Source: a virus
Lineage: Duplodnaviria; Caudoviricetes
Virus record (IMG/VR): IMGVR_UViG_3300044724_003533
Coordinates: 1-60,679 of that record
Length of the DNA: 60,679 nt
Direction: 5' to 3' (one strand)
Positions 1-10,015 of this stretch are shown here, piece after piece (the first letter of the stretch is position 1; every line of letters starts with the position of its first letter). The notes beneath the pieces were generated by a model. It ran no database searches. It was given only the letters and a program-made list of their open reading frames with translations, and had not been told where the DNA came from. The position numbers and the translations under genes are program-made.

Positions 1-3000
1 CCTTGTACAGCATCAGCTATTTCAGACTCACTTACATTAATTTTAAGACCATCACGTCTTTCAAGTAAGTAATCAGAATTCATAAGAGTTAAGAAGTCAC
101 CCCAAAATTGTTTTTGGTTAGCAAAAGCTTTACCCGCGTTTAATATATTATTATCACCCCAATTTATAAAGTTTACCGCAGATATAGTCTGTAATACTGC
201 AGATCTTGTATTTAAGAACATTATAGCACCAACAGAATTGTTTAACCAGTCTAATATTTGATTAGAAACTCTATCGCCACCTAATGGTCTATTACTACCA
301 CTTTTCATTGCTCTTAATGAGTCTTTCAATGCCTCAACATACTTAGCACCAAAAGCAGCTTCAAGTTTATTCATATTCTTTTCAGAGAATATAATGTCTA
401 CATTTTCTTGCCACTCTTGTAGGTATTCTGCTCTGTTAACTTTATTAATACCCGATATAACGTCTGTAGTAATATTACCCGCTGTCCAGTCTTTATCTGG
501 CTTTGGATATGGTTTACCTTTCTGTATGTTAACAAGTTGATCAGCAAAAGCCTGTAGCTCTGGATCAGCTTTAATAAAGTCTGTTAATCTTTTTTGATCA
601 CGCTTAGAAAGGCCTGGAACTTCTACTCCTTGACTATCCCATATATATGTTCTAATAGCATGCTGGTATGAATATTTAGAAATACCAGTTTCTTTTTCTA
701 AGGTTTTTGGTACACCTTTAAATTGTTTCTTTAAAGCTTTGTAATCTCTACCAGCTGCAACCTTAGCTTGTGATATAGCCATTTCAGCTCTATTGTAAGG
801 GTCAATTATATTTTCTTTATAAAAAGCCATTTGAGCATCACCAACCTTACCTTTACCTAAAGTCTTATAAAGTAAACCTAAAAAGTCTTCAGCTGATGGT
901 GTTGTAAAGAAAGTAAATTTACCTTTACTTGAACCAACTGTTTTAGCTTTAGCTGCAGAAAATTGCTTGTAAGATTCAATACCTGTTTTAGCTTCAATAA
1001 TATCGTTAAATACTTTGTCAAATGTTATTCGTTTACTAGCCTTAGCTTGTTGCACTTTTGATTTAACATCTACTTGACTAAGTACATCTTTAACAGCTTC
1101 TACATTTTTAATAGCATCATCAGCAAAGTAAAAGTCGTTATAACCTTCAGCAGCTTTACTAGCTATCCATCTACCTTTTGCAGCAGCAGTTCCGTCGCCA
1201 AGACCTGTTATATTTTGTAAAGGTATATCAATACCATTAGCTTTCATAAACTCTTGTATAGGTTTAGCAGCATCAGCAGGTCTTGCTGTTAATATAAATA
1301 TATCTTCAGTACCTCTTGCTTTAGCTATTTTTTGAGCAACACTGAATAATGGTCCTTTTTGACCTTCAATTACTTTACTAAACTCTCTAAAATCAAACTG
1401 TGCGCCTTGACTTTCTAAAATATCATATTGAGTTGCAAAGTTACTCGCATCAACTTTACCAACTTTATTAGCATTTATACCAGCATAAACTTTTTGTAAA
1501 AAGTCATTAGGTAATGGTTTGCCATATTCTATAGTTTCTGTATTAATCTCATATAAGCGATCACCAAAGTCTTCTCTATATTTTTTTAAGCTTTCTTGAA
1601 CATTTTCGTAAGTTTTCTTCACTACAAAATCAGGTAGTGATCTTTCAGTTCTAGCTCTATTTCTTTCAATAGCTGTTTCAAGAGGTGTCATAGCTACAAC
1701 CATGTGTACTTCATAACCAGCATCTTCTAGAGCTTTTATTTTCTTAGTAGTAGCATTGTAAGAAGCGCCTGTACCATCTATTACCATACCATTACCTGCA
1801 GCAGCGTATTTATCAAACTTAGCTACAGCGGCTTTTCTAGCGGCAGCGCCAAGCTTTGATCTTGTAGATCTTTGCTCTGCTGTATAATCAGATTCTTTAG
1901 CTGGTAATCCAGCTTCTTCTTTCATAGCCTCTAAAGCTATATCTTGATTAACTACTTTATAACCACGTCTACCAAGTTGTAATCCTTTACCAACATTTGT
2001 TTTTCCAGCGCCGGGACCGCCAACCATAAATATAGCTTTTAAGTTTGTTGTGCCTTCACTGAATCCACCTTCTACGTTTGGTACAGTATATAATACTTGA
2101 CTTTTAGATCTAGCCAATGTGTCATCAAAATCAAATACTCTAATTTTTTTAACTGGAGCATCAGGACGTCTAGCTTGATTTAAAGCATCGTCTAAATTAC
2201 CAAGATCGCTTATTATTTCCTGATTTGTAGCTCTTTTGCTAGATTTAACTGAATTAGGCTGTATATTATTATTAGCTTTTTTAAGTTCTGCGTAAGCTTT
2301 ATAGTTGTCTAATATATTTTTAACTAATAAACCTTCAGCACTTAGTTTTCCTCTACTTATTTTACCTAGTTTTTGAATTTGAGAGTTACTTAAATTTTCA
2401 GCTATAAACTCAGCCATATTTAAGCCAGTAAAATCTTTTCCACTACTTAACTTAAAAGTTCCTATTGGTATTTGATTAACAGCATCTTTACCTAAAAATG
2501 TTAAAGGATCAACAAAATCTCTAACAGAAGCTCCACTAGCATCTTTTTGAACTCTCATTCGTTCAGATATAACAGCTTGCTGAAGTTGATCTACTAATTT
2601 TCTTGTTTTTTGTCTAAACTGAGATTCGTTTATTTTTCCATTTACAAAATCATTAGCTAAAGTTAAAAACTCTTTATTAGCATTAAAAAGCTCTAAAAGA
2701 TGCTCATTATGCATTAATTTGTTTTGATTCTTAGTATCTCCTTTTTCAGGCTTCATATTAAAGCTAGTCATAGGAACCATACCTTTAAAAATTCCAGTAG
2801 CTCTATTAACTTGAGACTCTAGTAAATCAGCTACAGAACCTAAAGTTTTTTTATTTTTATTATTTTTTATAATATTTATAAGAGAAGAGTAGCCAGCGTT
2901 TAGTAACTCTCTATTAGCTTTTATAGTATCATTTATATTAGATCCTTGTGCTGTTAAAAGTTTTTCAACTTCTATTTTAGCCTGCTCTGGTGTGATACCA

Positions 3001-6000
3001 TCTCTCAATACTATTTCTTCTACCTTTCTTCTAAATCCACCCCAATTTCTAGGAGCAAAAACACTTTCAACAAGTGGAATATTAGAACCAGTTCCAATTA
3101 GAACATCTTCACCAAAAGCTGTTTTCAACAAATTTTCATATCCCTTTTTACCACCTGTCATTTCTTTATAAGTCAGCGGTCTTCCCCCTATAGTAGATCT
3201 TGTGTCTCCAAAACCTACGGTATCTATTATTGCTTGTTGCGCTGATTTTGGAAGTTGACTAAAAGTTTTGCCTTTAGGTATAGAATTTTTAATAAATTCT
3301 TTATATGTTGTAGATAATTCTAAAGCATTTTCTACGGAAGATATGTTTTTGGCACCACCACTTTTTAAGCCTAACTTATTTCTAAGTTGCTTATATTTGG
3401 AAATATTATCATTAATATTAACTAAAACATCTTCTGGATTAACACCAAGCTCATTTGCAATTTTTTCTATAGCAACAACTTCTTGAGCTGCCTGAGTATC
3501 TGAGAGCGTTTGATCAGTTATTCTTTTACTAAACTTAGCGCCAGCTTGTATTCTTTTACTTTGCTCTGGAACTAAAGTTTCTAATGCTCGGTTTTTAGTA
3601 TGAAAATCCCAAGCAGTTTTTAAGTTCTGCTGAAGATCTCCTCTGGATATATCTTTTACAGGTTTGTTAAATTCTATAGGTTGACCTTTTTGGTTGCCAT
3701 TCTGTACAGTGAGAGTAATGTTTTTGCCTTGCATAATATCTCTATACTGCTTAGCCGTACCAACTTTTACACCTTTATCATTGTACATTATTTTACCTAG
3801 CTTAGTTTGCTTTATGCCTGTAGCTTTACCAAAGTCACTAATAGTTTTAGGTAGTCTATTATAATCAGACAAAGAGTTTTCTATTAAAAACCTTTGTAAA
3901 TTCCTAAGACCTTCTCTGTCTCGTGGATAAAAGTTTTGAGCTTTTTTAGTTAAACCGTCAACCGTTTTTATTCCAAACATGTCAGCGTAAAGTTGAGCTA
4001 CAGATTTAGGTATTGGAAACTTAGGCGATCCTAAGTCTTTAAAACCTTTTACATCTCTACCTTTGTAAGCTTCAGTTATTGTTTGAGTTATTTTATTTTC
4101 AATAACATTTTTTGTAACTTTTTGTTTTCTAGTCCTAGCTTCTTCTTCTGTTATTTTTTCTTCAGCTAAATCTTTATTTATTTCATTTATAGCTTCAGTT
4201 TCTTCAACTTTTATTGTATCTAAAAAATCAGTAGTTAATAAATCCTTGTTAAAGCTAGTTGTTTCAGTTGGTTTTTTAGCTAAATCATCGGTTTCTATAG
4301 CTGTTTCGGCTGTTTCTTCACCAATTATTTGTTTTGTAGTATCATCTTGTCTTTTTTCAAGTTTAGCTTTTTCACCTTCTTCGAACAGTTTTGTTCTAGC
4401 TGTAACTTTAGCCCACGCTGTATCGGCGAATATTTTTTCACCAAAAGCTTCAGGGCCAACGGCACTTCCATCTTTTCTCTTTGCTTCAGGGTTAAAATTG
4501 TATATTCTAAATAGCACGTCGTCAAGCATTTTATCGCTTTCTTGTTTAGTACCTCTAGATCTAATATAGTTGTTTATAGGTCCTCCAGGTTTTAACGCAT
4601 CGGCTATAACTTTTCCTCCTCTTTCGCTTTGTGCCCAAGCGTCGAACTCCTGTTTTGTTTTTATATTTTTAGGCAGTAAATTATCTATAGACTCTAAAAC
4701 TGTTTCTTGTTTTCTTTTGCTTTCTTTTGATACAACACCTAAATCAACTTCATCAAGCTCGACTTCTTTTATCTGCCCAGTTTCTTCGTCTATTTCTTGT
4801 TTAACTCTACCTATTTTTCTAGCAGCTTCAATACCTGGGTCTGCTATATCTACTTTAGCGCCCTTAGTAGCTACTCTAGCTATAGCTTTACCGCCTCTTT
4901 GAGTTTGTATTGTTCTATTGTAATCTCTTAAAAAGTTTAACACATCTTCACCGTCTTTGAACTTTACTTTAATACCAAAAACATTTTGAAGAGTTCTTCT
5001 TATTAAATCACCTATCCTGGTTTTAGCTGTTTCATTAAACTCTATATCACCATCTATTAAACCCTCGCTTACCATCATCATTATTTCTTCCATCATAACA
5101 GCAGTAGGAGTGCCTTGCGAAGCATATGTAGCTAATCTTCTTTTTATTTTATTGCTTTTTATAGTAACGTTTTCATTTTCAAACATCTCGTCAACTAAAG
5201 CATTACCCATTTTTTTAGCCGCATCAGGATCTTGATCTATTGTTTCTGAAAGAACAAAATGACCACCTTCGTGAACACCTGTTGTAACTATATTGTCTTC
5301 AGTGTTAACTTGATTATCTATTATAAGTACTTTGTTACCTTCTGACGTAACAACCATATCTCCGTAGTTATCAGACTGCATTATTTCTGCGCCCTGCTCT
5401 AACAGCTCTTGTCTATAAGCGTTAGCTTCAGCTGTAGTATCAAAAGGCACCATATCAACTTTGCCTTTTGCTTTTCTAATTTTATTTAAAAAACTTTCTA
5501 CGCCAGCTTGCAGCTTGTCTCTTTGAGTTTCAGCCGAAGTTTTAATGTAAGCATCTATTTCTAGATCTATATTTTCTATTTGATCATCAATTTCTTGGTG
5601 AAAATTTGGCGCTATATTTTTTTTCTCATTTTGTTTATCTTGCTTTTGCTGCATTAGCCTAGCAACAGGTAAAACTAAATTTTGGTCTAACCATTTAGGT
5701 ATTCTAGAAGTATTATTAAATATAGCTTTAGCATTAAAAACAAGCTCATCTGCCTCTGCTTGTGTTGCAAAACCAGACTCAACTAATCTATTTAACTGCT
5801 GTTGTGCTTTTTCCATATTGTTAGCTATATAGCTATAATTAGCTATCATAGCGTTAGCCTTAGGTTTAAAGCTCGGCAACTTCATTTGACTAAGTAAACC
5901 ACCTGTAGCAAATGAAAGTATTGAAGTTGTTTTGGCTTCCTGGTAACTATAAGTATCTTGTAAAAAGTTTGTTTTAGCTTTTTTATTTAATATAGGATTT

Positions 6001-8282
6001 ATCCATAAAAATTCTCCAGCCTGCTGAACATTTTCCTGTATTGTTTCTTTAGTGCCTTCTTCAACAAAATTATATCCTTTAGATTTTAAGTTGTTGCTTA
6101 TGTTTAACAATCTTTGCTTGAAGTCTAAAGCGAATGTTTTTGGTTTATTTGATTTTCTAGCTTTTAATATAGATTTTCTTAATTGACTAACCAATGACTC
6201 TTGACCTTCTTTTCCTAACCAGTTTGTACGTGGACTTATAGGTCCAGTAGCCGCATACCATATACCAGTTAACTGTGAACCATCGTAAGCTAAAGCAGCC
6301 GCCTCTTCATCGTTAAATCCAGCTAATTTAGCTTCTTTCAATGTATTGTTATATCCTATAGCCGCTCCATACGAGCCTTGAAAAAGCATGGCATCAAATG
6401 TTGATTTTTTAACAGGTATTCTAATTCTAGACGCTGCTTTTCCACCTATAGCTTCCGCTAGTTGTAATGTTTGTTTATATTTTTTTACACTAGTAAATCC
6501 ATTTAAGGTAGCTAATGTTCTTACTTTAGCCGCTTTAGTTGCAAAAGAAACGCCTTTTTGACCAATAACTTGAGTTAAAACATTACCAAAAGTGTTTCCA
6601 CCTACTGTTAGATAACCTCTTAAAGAGTTATGTTCTTTAACAATACCTTCTTTTTCTATTTTTTCATCTAAAGACTTTAAGCTAAAAGGATCATTTATTT
6701 CGCTTACACTATAACCAGCTGAAACATTATATATAACACCTGACACTTGATCTTTAGCATATTCTACTCCATCAATTTTTATTGTTTTACCAGAGAAAGA
6801 AGTGTAATAAGATGAATCTTTAGCTAATTGAGTTTCAGCTTCACTATTTCTTAATCGCTGAACAAAGGTATCAGCTCCACCTAGTTCTAATGCAAAAGTA
6901 GATAAATCATACCAGCCGGTTAAAAAACCGTTTTTGGCCTCTACTATTAAAGAACCAGCGTTTGCCGCTGCTGCGTACCAATCACCTCTTTCATCTAATT
7001 CTTTAGCGTAATTTATTTTTTTCTGTAAATATTCTCTGTCTTTAGATGAAGAAATAGTAAACTGACTTCCTATATAGTCTTTAAAAGCGTTAGAGTCTAT
7101 AGAAGTGTAGTAAACGTCTGATTCATCTGGAACACTTAAAGCATTAATTAAATCTACTCTTGCGTCACCAAAAGTTGATGTTTTAAATTTACCAGGATCT
7201 TTTTTTATACTATATAATTTATTTTTTTGGTTTAATCTAGCATCTTGCTCGCTTTTATAAAGATTTAAATATCTTCTTAAATCTCTTTCTTTTGCTAACG
7301 ATCCATCTTGTAATCCTTCTGAGTCATCATATACACCGCTGTTTAGTTTTTCATTAAACTCTTCTGCAAAACCATTTCTATTTAAAAAACCTTCAAAGTC
7401 TATAGGATTTAAATTTGTTTGAGCTATAGCATCAGCTCCACCGTAATTATTTTCAATAAAAGAAGTTGAATTGTCCTTATTAAAATATAAATTAGGAAAA
7501 TCTAAGTCTAAATCGTTTTCTTCTATATAGCCATCTATATAAGACTCTATAGTTCCAATACCTTGCTTTTTTTCTTCTTCAAACTCTTCTTTTAAATCAC
7601 TCCAGAAGTTATCAGGTATTTCTTTTTTGGGTTTATCAAAGCCTAAAACATCGGCAGGTCTTCCAATAGGTTGAACTATTTGGTCTTCGGTTTTTAGATC
7701 TGTTTGCTTGGAAACTTCTATTTTTGGCGCTTCTAAAGAAAACTTAGAGTCAATATCACCTTGTTCAATTAAATAACTATTAGGTGCTGAATTTCCAGAA
7801 GCTCTGTTATAATAACTTTCATTTATAGTTTCATCAGGCGCTAAATTTCTTTGTATGTAAAAATCAGTTCTATCTTTAGAGCCTATTGGAAGTTGCTTCA
7901 ATATAGCTTTAGTTTTTACACCTCCAACATCATTGTCAAAGTCTGTTTGAGCTTTAAAACGAAGAGCTCTTTTATTTATAAGATCTAAATATCTTTCAGA
8001 AGTAGCCTCTTCGTCAACTATTGGCGTGAACTGAAATTGTCCATTTCCAGACTCTAAATTCTCGGACGCATCCGGTGTTTTGGGTGGTACAGTTGCATCC
8101 GTTGTTTCTGCAACACCCTCTATCTTTACTTCTTCTTTAGGTTTTAAATCTTCTTTTAAAACACTAGGCTGTTCAGAAACGCCATAATTGTTTTTCTTTT
8201 TCCACTCTTGAGTTTTAGCAATAACTTCTTCTCCAGATAAACCTTGTTCAAATAAAGAATTAACGTATTCTACTAGTTGCAT
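1..8282 (-). CDS. Giant (>2760 aa) virion/ejection-type polyvalent protein, runs off the window edge; contains zincin-like, HAD phosphatase and P-loop kinase domains
   Basis: ATG at 8282 (MQLVEYVNSLFEQGLSGEEV...). The same frame is open wherever I translated it, down to position 3 (...RRDGLKINVSESEIADAVQ). No stop in the window, so it is absent from the ORF track. Motifs: HEGGH 5259-5273, FDFDDTL 2115-2135, GGPGAGKT 1998-2021, ILTARP, YFADD. Confidence 0.85.
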   Translation of the reverse strand, partial: MQLVEYVNSLFEQGLSGEEVIAKTQEWKKKNNYGVSEQPSVLKEDLKPKEEVKIEGVAETTDATVPPKTPDASENLESGNGQFQFTPIVDEEATSERYLDLINKRALRFKAQTDFDNDVGGVKTKAILKQLPIGSKDRTDFYIQRNLAPDETINESYYNRASGNSAPNSYLIEQGDIDSKFSLEAPKIEVSKQTDLKTEDQIVQPIGRPADVLGFDKPKKEIPDNFWSDLKEEFEEEKKQGIGTIESYIDGYIEENDLDLDFPNLYFNKDNSTSFIENNYGGADAIAQTNLNPIDFEGFLNRNGFAEEFNEKLNSGVYDDSEGLQDGSLAKERDLRRYLNLYKSEQDARLNQKNKLYSIKKDPGKFKTSTFGDARVDLINALSVPDESDVYYTSIDSNAFKDYIGSQFTISSSKDREYLQKKINYAKELDERGDWYAAAANAGSLIVEAKNGFLTGWYDLSTFALELGGADTFVQRLRNSEAETQLAKDSSYYTSFSGKTIKIDGVEYAKDQVSGVIYNVSAGYSVSEINDPFSLKSLDEKIEKEGIVKEHNSLRGYLTVGGNTFGNVLTQVIGQKGVSFATKAAKVRTLATLNGFTSVKKYKQTLQLAEAIGGKAASRIRIPVKKSTFDAMLFQGSYGAAIGYNNTLKEAKLAGFNDEEAAALAYDGSQLTGIWYAATGPISPRTNWLGKEGQESLVSQLRKSILKARKSNKPKTFALDFKQRLLNISNNLKSKGYNFVEEGTKETIQENVQQAGEFLWINPILNKKAKTNFLQDTYSYQEAKTTSILSFATGGLLSQMKLPSFKPKANAMIANYSYIANNMEKAQQQLNRLVESGFATQAEADELVFNAKAIFNNTSRIPKWLDQNLVLPVARLMQQKQDKQNEKKNIAPNFHQEIDDQIENIDLEIDAYIKTSAETQRDKLQAGVESFLNKIRKAKGKVDMVPFDTTAEANAYRQELLEQGAEIMQSDNYGDMVVTSEGNKVLIIDNQVNTEDNIVTTGVHEGGHFVLSETIDQDPDAAKKMGNALVDEMFENENVTIKSNKIKRRLATYASQGTPTAVMMEEIMMMVSEGLIDGDIEFNETAKTRIGDLIRRTLQNVFGIKVKFKDGEDVLNFLRDYNRTIQTQRGGKAIARVATKGAKVDIADPGIEAARKIGRVKQEIDEETGQIKEVELDEVDLGVVSKESKRKQETVLESIDNLLPKNIKTKQEFDAWAQSERGGKVIADALKPGGPINNYIRSRGTKQESDKMLDDVLFRIYNFNPEAKRKDGSAVGPEAFGEKIFADTAWAKVTARTKLFEEGEKAKLEKRQDDTTKQIIGEETAETAIETDDLAKKPTETTSFNKDLLTTDFLDTIKVEETEAINEINKDLAEEKITEEEARTRKQKVTKNVIENKITQTITEAYKGRDVKGFKDLGSPKFPIPKSVAQLYADMFGIKTVDGLTKKAQNFYPRDREGLRNLQRFLIENSLSDYNRLPKTISDFGKATGIKQTKLGKIMYNDKGVKVGTAKQYRDIMQGKNITLTVQNGNQKGQPIEFNKPVKDISRGDLQQNLKTAWDFHTKNRALETLVPEQSKRIQAGAKFSKRITDQTLSDTQAAQEVVAIEKIANELGVNPEDVLVNINDNISKYKQLRNKLGLKSGGAKNISSVENALELSTTYKEFIKNSIPKGKTFSQLPKSAQQAIIDTVGFGDTRSTIGGRPLTYKEMTGGKKGYENLLKTAFGEDVLIGTGSNIPLVESVFAPRNWGGFRRKVEEIVLRDGITPEQAKIEVEKLLTAQGSNINDTIKANRELLNAGYSSLINIIKNNKNKKTLGSVADLLESQVNRATGIFKGMVPMTSFNMKPEKGDTKNQNKLMHNEHLLELFNANKEFLTLANDFVNGKINESQFRQKTRKLVDQLQQAVISERMRVQKDASGASVRDFVDPLTFLGKDAVNQIPIGTFKLSSGKDFTGLNMAEFIAENLSNSQIQKLGKISRGKLSAEGLLVKNILDNYKAYAELKKANNNIQPNSVKSSKRATNQEIISDLGNLDDALNQARRPDAPVKKIRVFDFDDTLARSKSQVLYTVPNVEGGFSEGTTNLKAIFMVGGPGAGKTNVGKGLQLGRRGYKVVNQDIALEAMKEEAGLPAKESDYTAEQRSTRSKLGAAARKAAVAKFDKYAAAGNGMVIDGTGASYNATTKKIKALEDAGYEVHMVVAMTPLETAIERNRARTERSLPDFVVKKTYENVQESLKKYREDFGDRLYEINTETIEYGKPLPNDFLQKVYAGINANKVGKVDASNFATQYDILESQGAQFDFREFSKVIEGQKGPLFSVAQKIAKARGTEDIFILTARPADAAKPIQEFMKANGIDIPLQNITGLGDGTAAAKGRWIASKAAEGYNDFYFADDAIKNVEAVKDVLSQVDVKSKVQQAKASKRITFDKVFNDIIEAKTGIESYKQFSAAKAKTVGSSKGKFTFFTTPSAEDFLGLLYKTLGKGKVGDAQMAFYKENIIDPYNRAEMAISQAKVAAGRDYKALKKQFKGVPKTLEKETGISKYSYQHAIRTYIWDSQGVEVPGLSKRDQKRLTDFIKADPELQAFADQLVNIQKGKPYPKPDKDWTAGNITTDVISGINKVNRAEYLQEWQENVDIIFSEKNMNKLEAAFGAKYVEALKDSLRAMKSGSNRPLGGDRVSNQILDWLNNSVGAIMFLNTRSAVLQTISAVNFINWGDNNILNAGKAFANQKQFWGDFLTLMNSDYLLERRDGLKINVSESEIADAVQ

Positions 8283-8292
8283 TTAATTAAAT

Positions 8293-9339
8293 TTATAGGT
8301 TATTAGCTTCGATGAATGCTTGTGCTTTAGCCATTTTAGCTTCTTTAATATTAAAAACAGCAGCGTCTTGAGGGTTTGTAGGAGCTTGATTTTGCGTAAA
8401 TTGCTTCAAGTAGTTATTCATAAAGTAATCTTTGTATTTTTCAGTAAACAAATCTTTTTTATCTTGCATAAGTGGTAAATCTTCTGAATAAGACCAATAT
8501 TTACCTTCAGATAAATAAACATTCCAAGCCGCTATAGTTTGCTGTTCTGAACTCATTATACCTGATATTTCAGATTTTATAAATGGTTCTGCTTTTGTTT
8601 GTATTTTCTGTAAATCGTATTGTAACACGTTTCTACCCATGCCATCACCTACTTCTATAACTTCATAAATAGGTTTACCGTCTTTATCTTTTAATATAAA
8701 CTCTTCTACTATTTTAGCCGTTGCTTTAAGTTCATTGTTTTCGTTTATATCTTCAGGTAAAAACACACCGATTTCAGATAAAAGTTTCATCATACCTTTT
8801 GTTATATCTGGTGTCGATGCAACTATGGAAGTTCCTGACTCTAATAAAGCTGTTATTGAATTGCTGTTTAATAACAAGGGTTGTTCAAAAGCTGGTCCTT
8901 CAAAAACCAAGTCTTGGCCGCCGTCATGCAATAAATACATTGTCACGTTATAACCATCTGTCATGGAAAAACCTGGCTTGCTAGATAATATGCAAAAAAC
9001 CACAGTGTATTCGTAGTTATTGTTAGGATCAAAGTTGTATTCTTCAACAGTACTAACCTCTGATAAAACTGTACTTATAAAGTCAATAGACTTTTGTGGC
9101 GCTTCTTCTAGTTGTTTTATTCTAGCTATTTCTAGTAAGCAATTATCACTAGCGCAGTCATTATTTTCAACAGCTATCTTTAATGCTGCATATTCTTTAG
9201 ATGTATTAGCGTAAGCTCTTTCTAGTATTCTAAAATTATAATTAGGGTTAGAAGACAAATAATCAGCGTTGTGACCCATAGCATTACTATCGATCATTTG
9301 CTTTATTGTTAAGTTGTTTATTAGGTTGTTATTATCCAT
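8293..9339 (-). CDS. Hypothetical protein, probable internal virion protein
   Basis: 348-aa ORF tightly packed between the ejection-like genes. Confidence 0.55.
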   Translation of the reverse strand: MDNNNLINNLTIKQMIDSNAMGHNADYLSSNPNYNFRILERAYANTSKEYAALKIAVENNDCASDNCLLEIARIKQLEEAPQKSIDFISTVLSEVSTVEEYNFDPNNNYEYTVVFCILSSKPGFSMTDGYNVTMYLLHDGGQDLVFEGPAFEQPLLLNSNSITALLESGTSIVASTPDITKGMMKLLSEIGVFLPEDINENNELKATAKIVEEFILKDKDGKPIYEVIEVGDGMGRNVLQYDLQKIQTKAEPFIKSEISGIMSSEQQTIAAWNVYLSEGKYWSYSEDLPLMQDKKDLFTEKYKDYFMNNYLKQFTQNQAPTNPQDAAVFNIKEAKMAKAQAFIEANNL

Positions 9340-9349
9340 CTTTTTTTGT

Positions 9350-10003
9350 TTATATACCTATACCTCCAAGTATGTCAGTTACACCGCCTATAGCGCCTGT
9401 AATTGCCCCTACTTCATCAGCTTTAGCTTGTTGCTCAACAGCAACAGCAGCGTCTAATAATGCCGCAGTTCTATCAAGTTGTTGTTGCTCCCTTCTTTCT
9501 GTTTGACCAAAAACAAATTGCTTTCCAGCCGCACCAGCTTCTTGCATTCTTATTTCTTCAGCTCTTCTAGCTTGTTGCATTTGTTGTTCACCTTGAGCTT
9601 TTAACATACTATTTGCGGCTTCCTGTTGTTCGATACTAGCAGAGACATTTTTCTTGCTTCTCAATGCCGCTTGAGCAAGAGCCGTAGCTCCACCAGCACT
9701 GGCACCGGTAGCTCTAAGCGTATCTAGAGTGTTAGCTAAAGATATATCAGCTTCTTCAGCTTGCATTTCAGCTGCTTGAGTTGCTACGCCTAAACTAGCA
9801 AAAGGATTACTTATGCTAGAGCTTAAATTTGTAAAACCTGCATACGGATTAATTATCTCTTGTCTATTATCTTCTAAAGACTTAAGTTTTTGTTGTAAAG
9901 CTCTTTTTTGAGCTGCTGCTGCTTTAGCCGCTTTTTTAGCTGCCGAAGCGCCTATTATACCGCTAGCTACATTGCCAGCTACACCTAATACTGCTCCCCA
10001 CAT
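9350..10003 (-). CDS. Probable internal virion/DNA ejection (pilot-like) protein
   Basis: Gly/Ala-rich hydrophobic termini flank an Ala/Gln-rich coiled coil; lies after the tail genes, as in podoviruses. Confidence 0.6.
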   Translation of the reverse strand: MWGAVLGVAGNVASGIIGASAAKKAAKAAAAQKRALQQKLKSLEDNRQEIINPYAGFTNLSSSISNPFASLGVATQAAEMQAEEADISLANTLDTLRATGASAGGATALAQAALRSKKNVSASIEQQEAANSMLKAQGEQQMQQARRAEEIRMQEAGAAGKQFVFGQTERREQQQLDRTAALLDAAVAVEQQAKADEVGAITGAIGGVTDILGGIGI

Positions 10004-10015
10004 TTTATATATTTT

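Noticed and set aside
3268-4902. Short ORFs in the track (3268, 4246, 4325, 4329, 4570)
   Set aside because: They are antisense or off-frame shadows of the giant minus-strand gene, and have no plausible starts or motifs.
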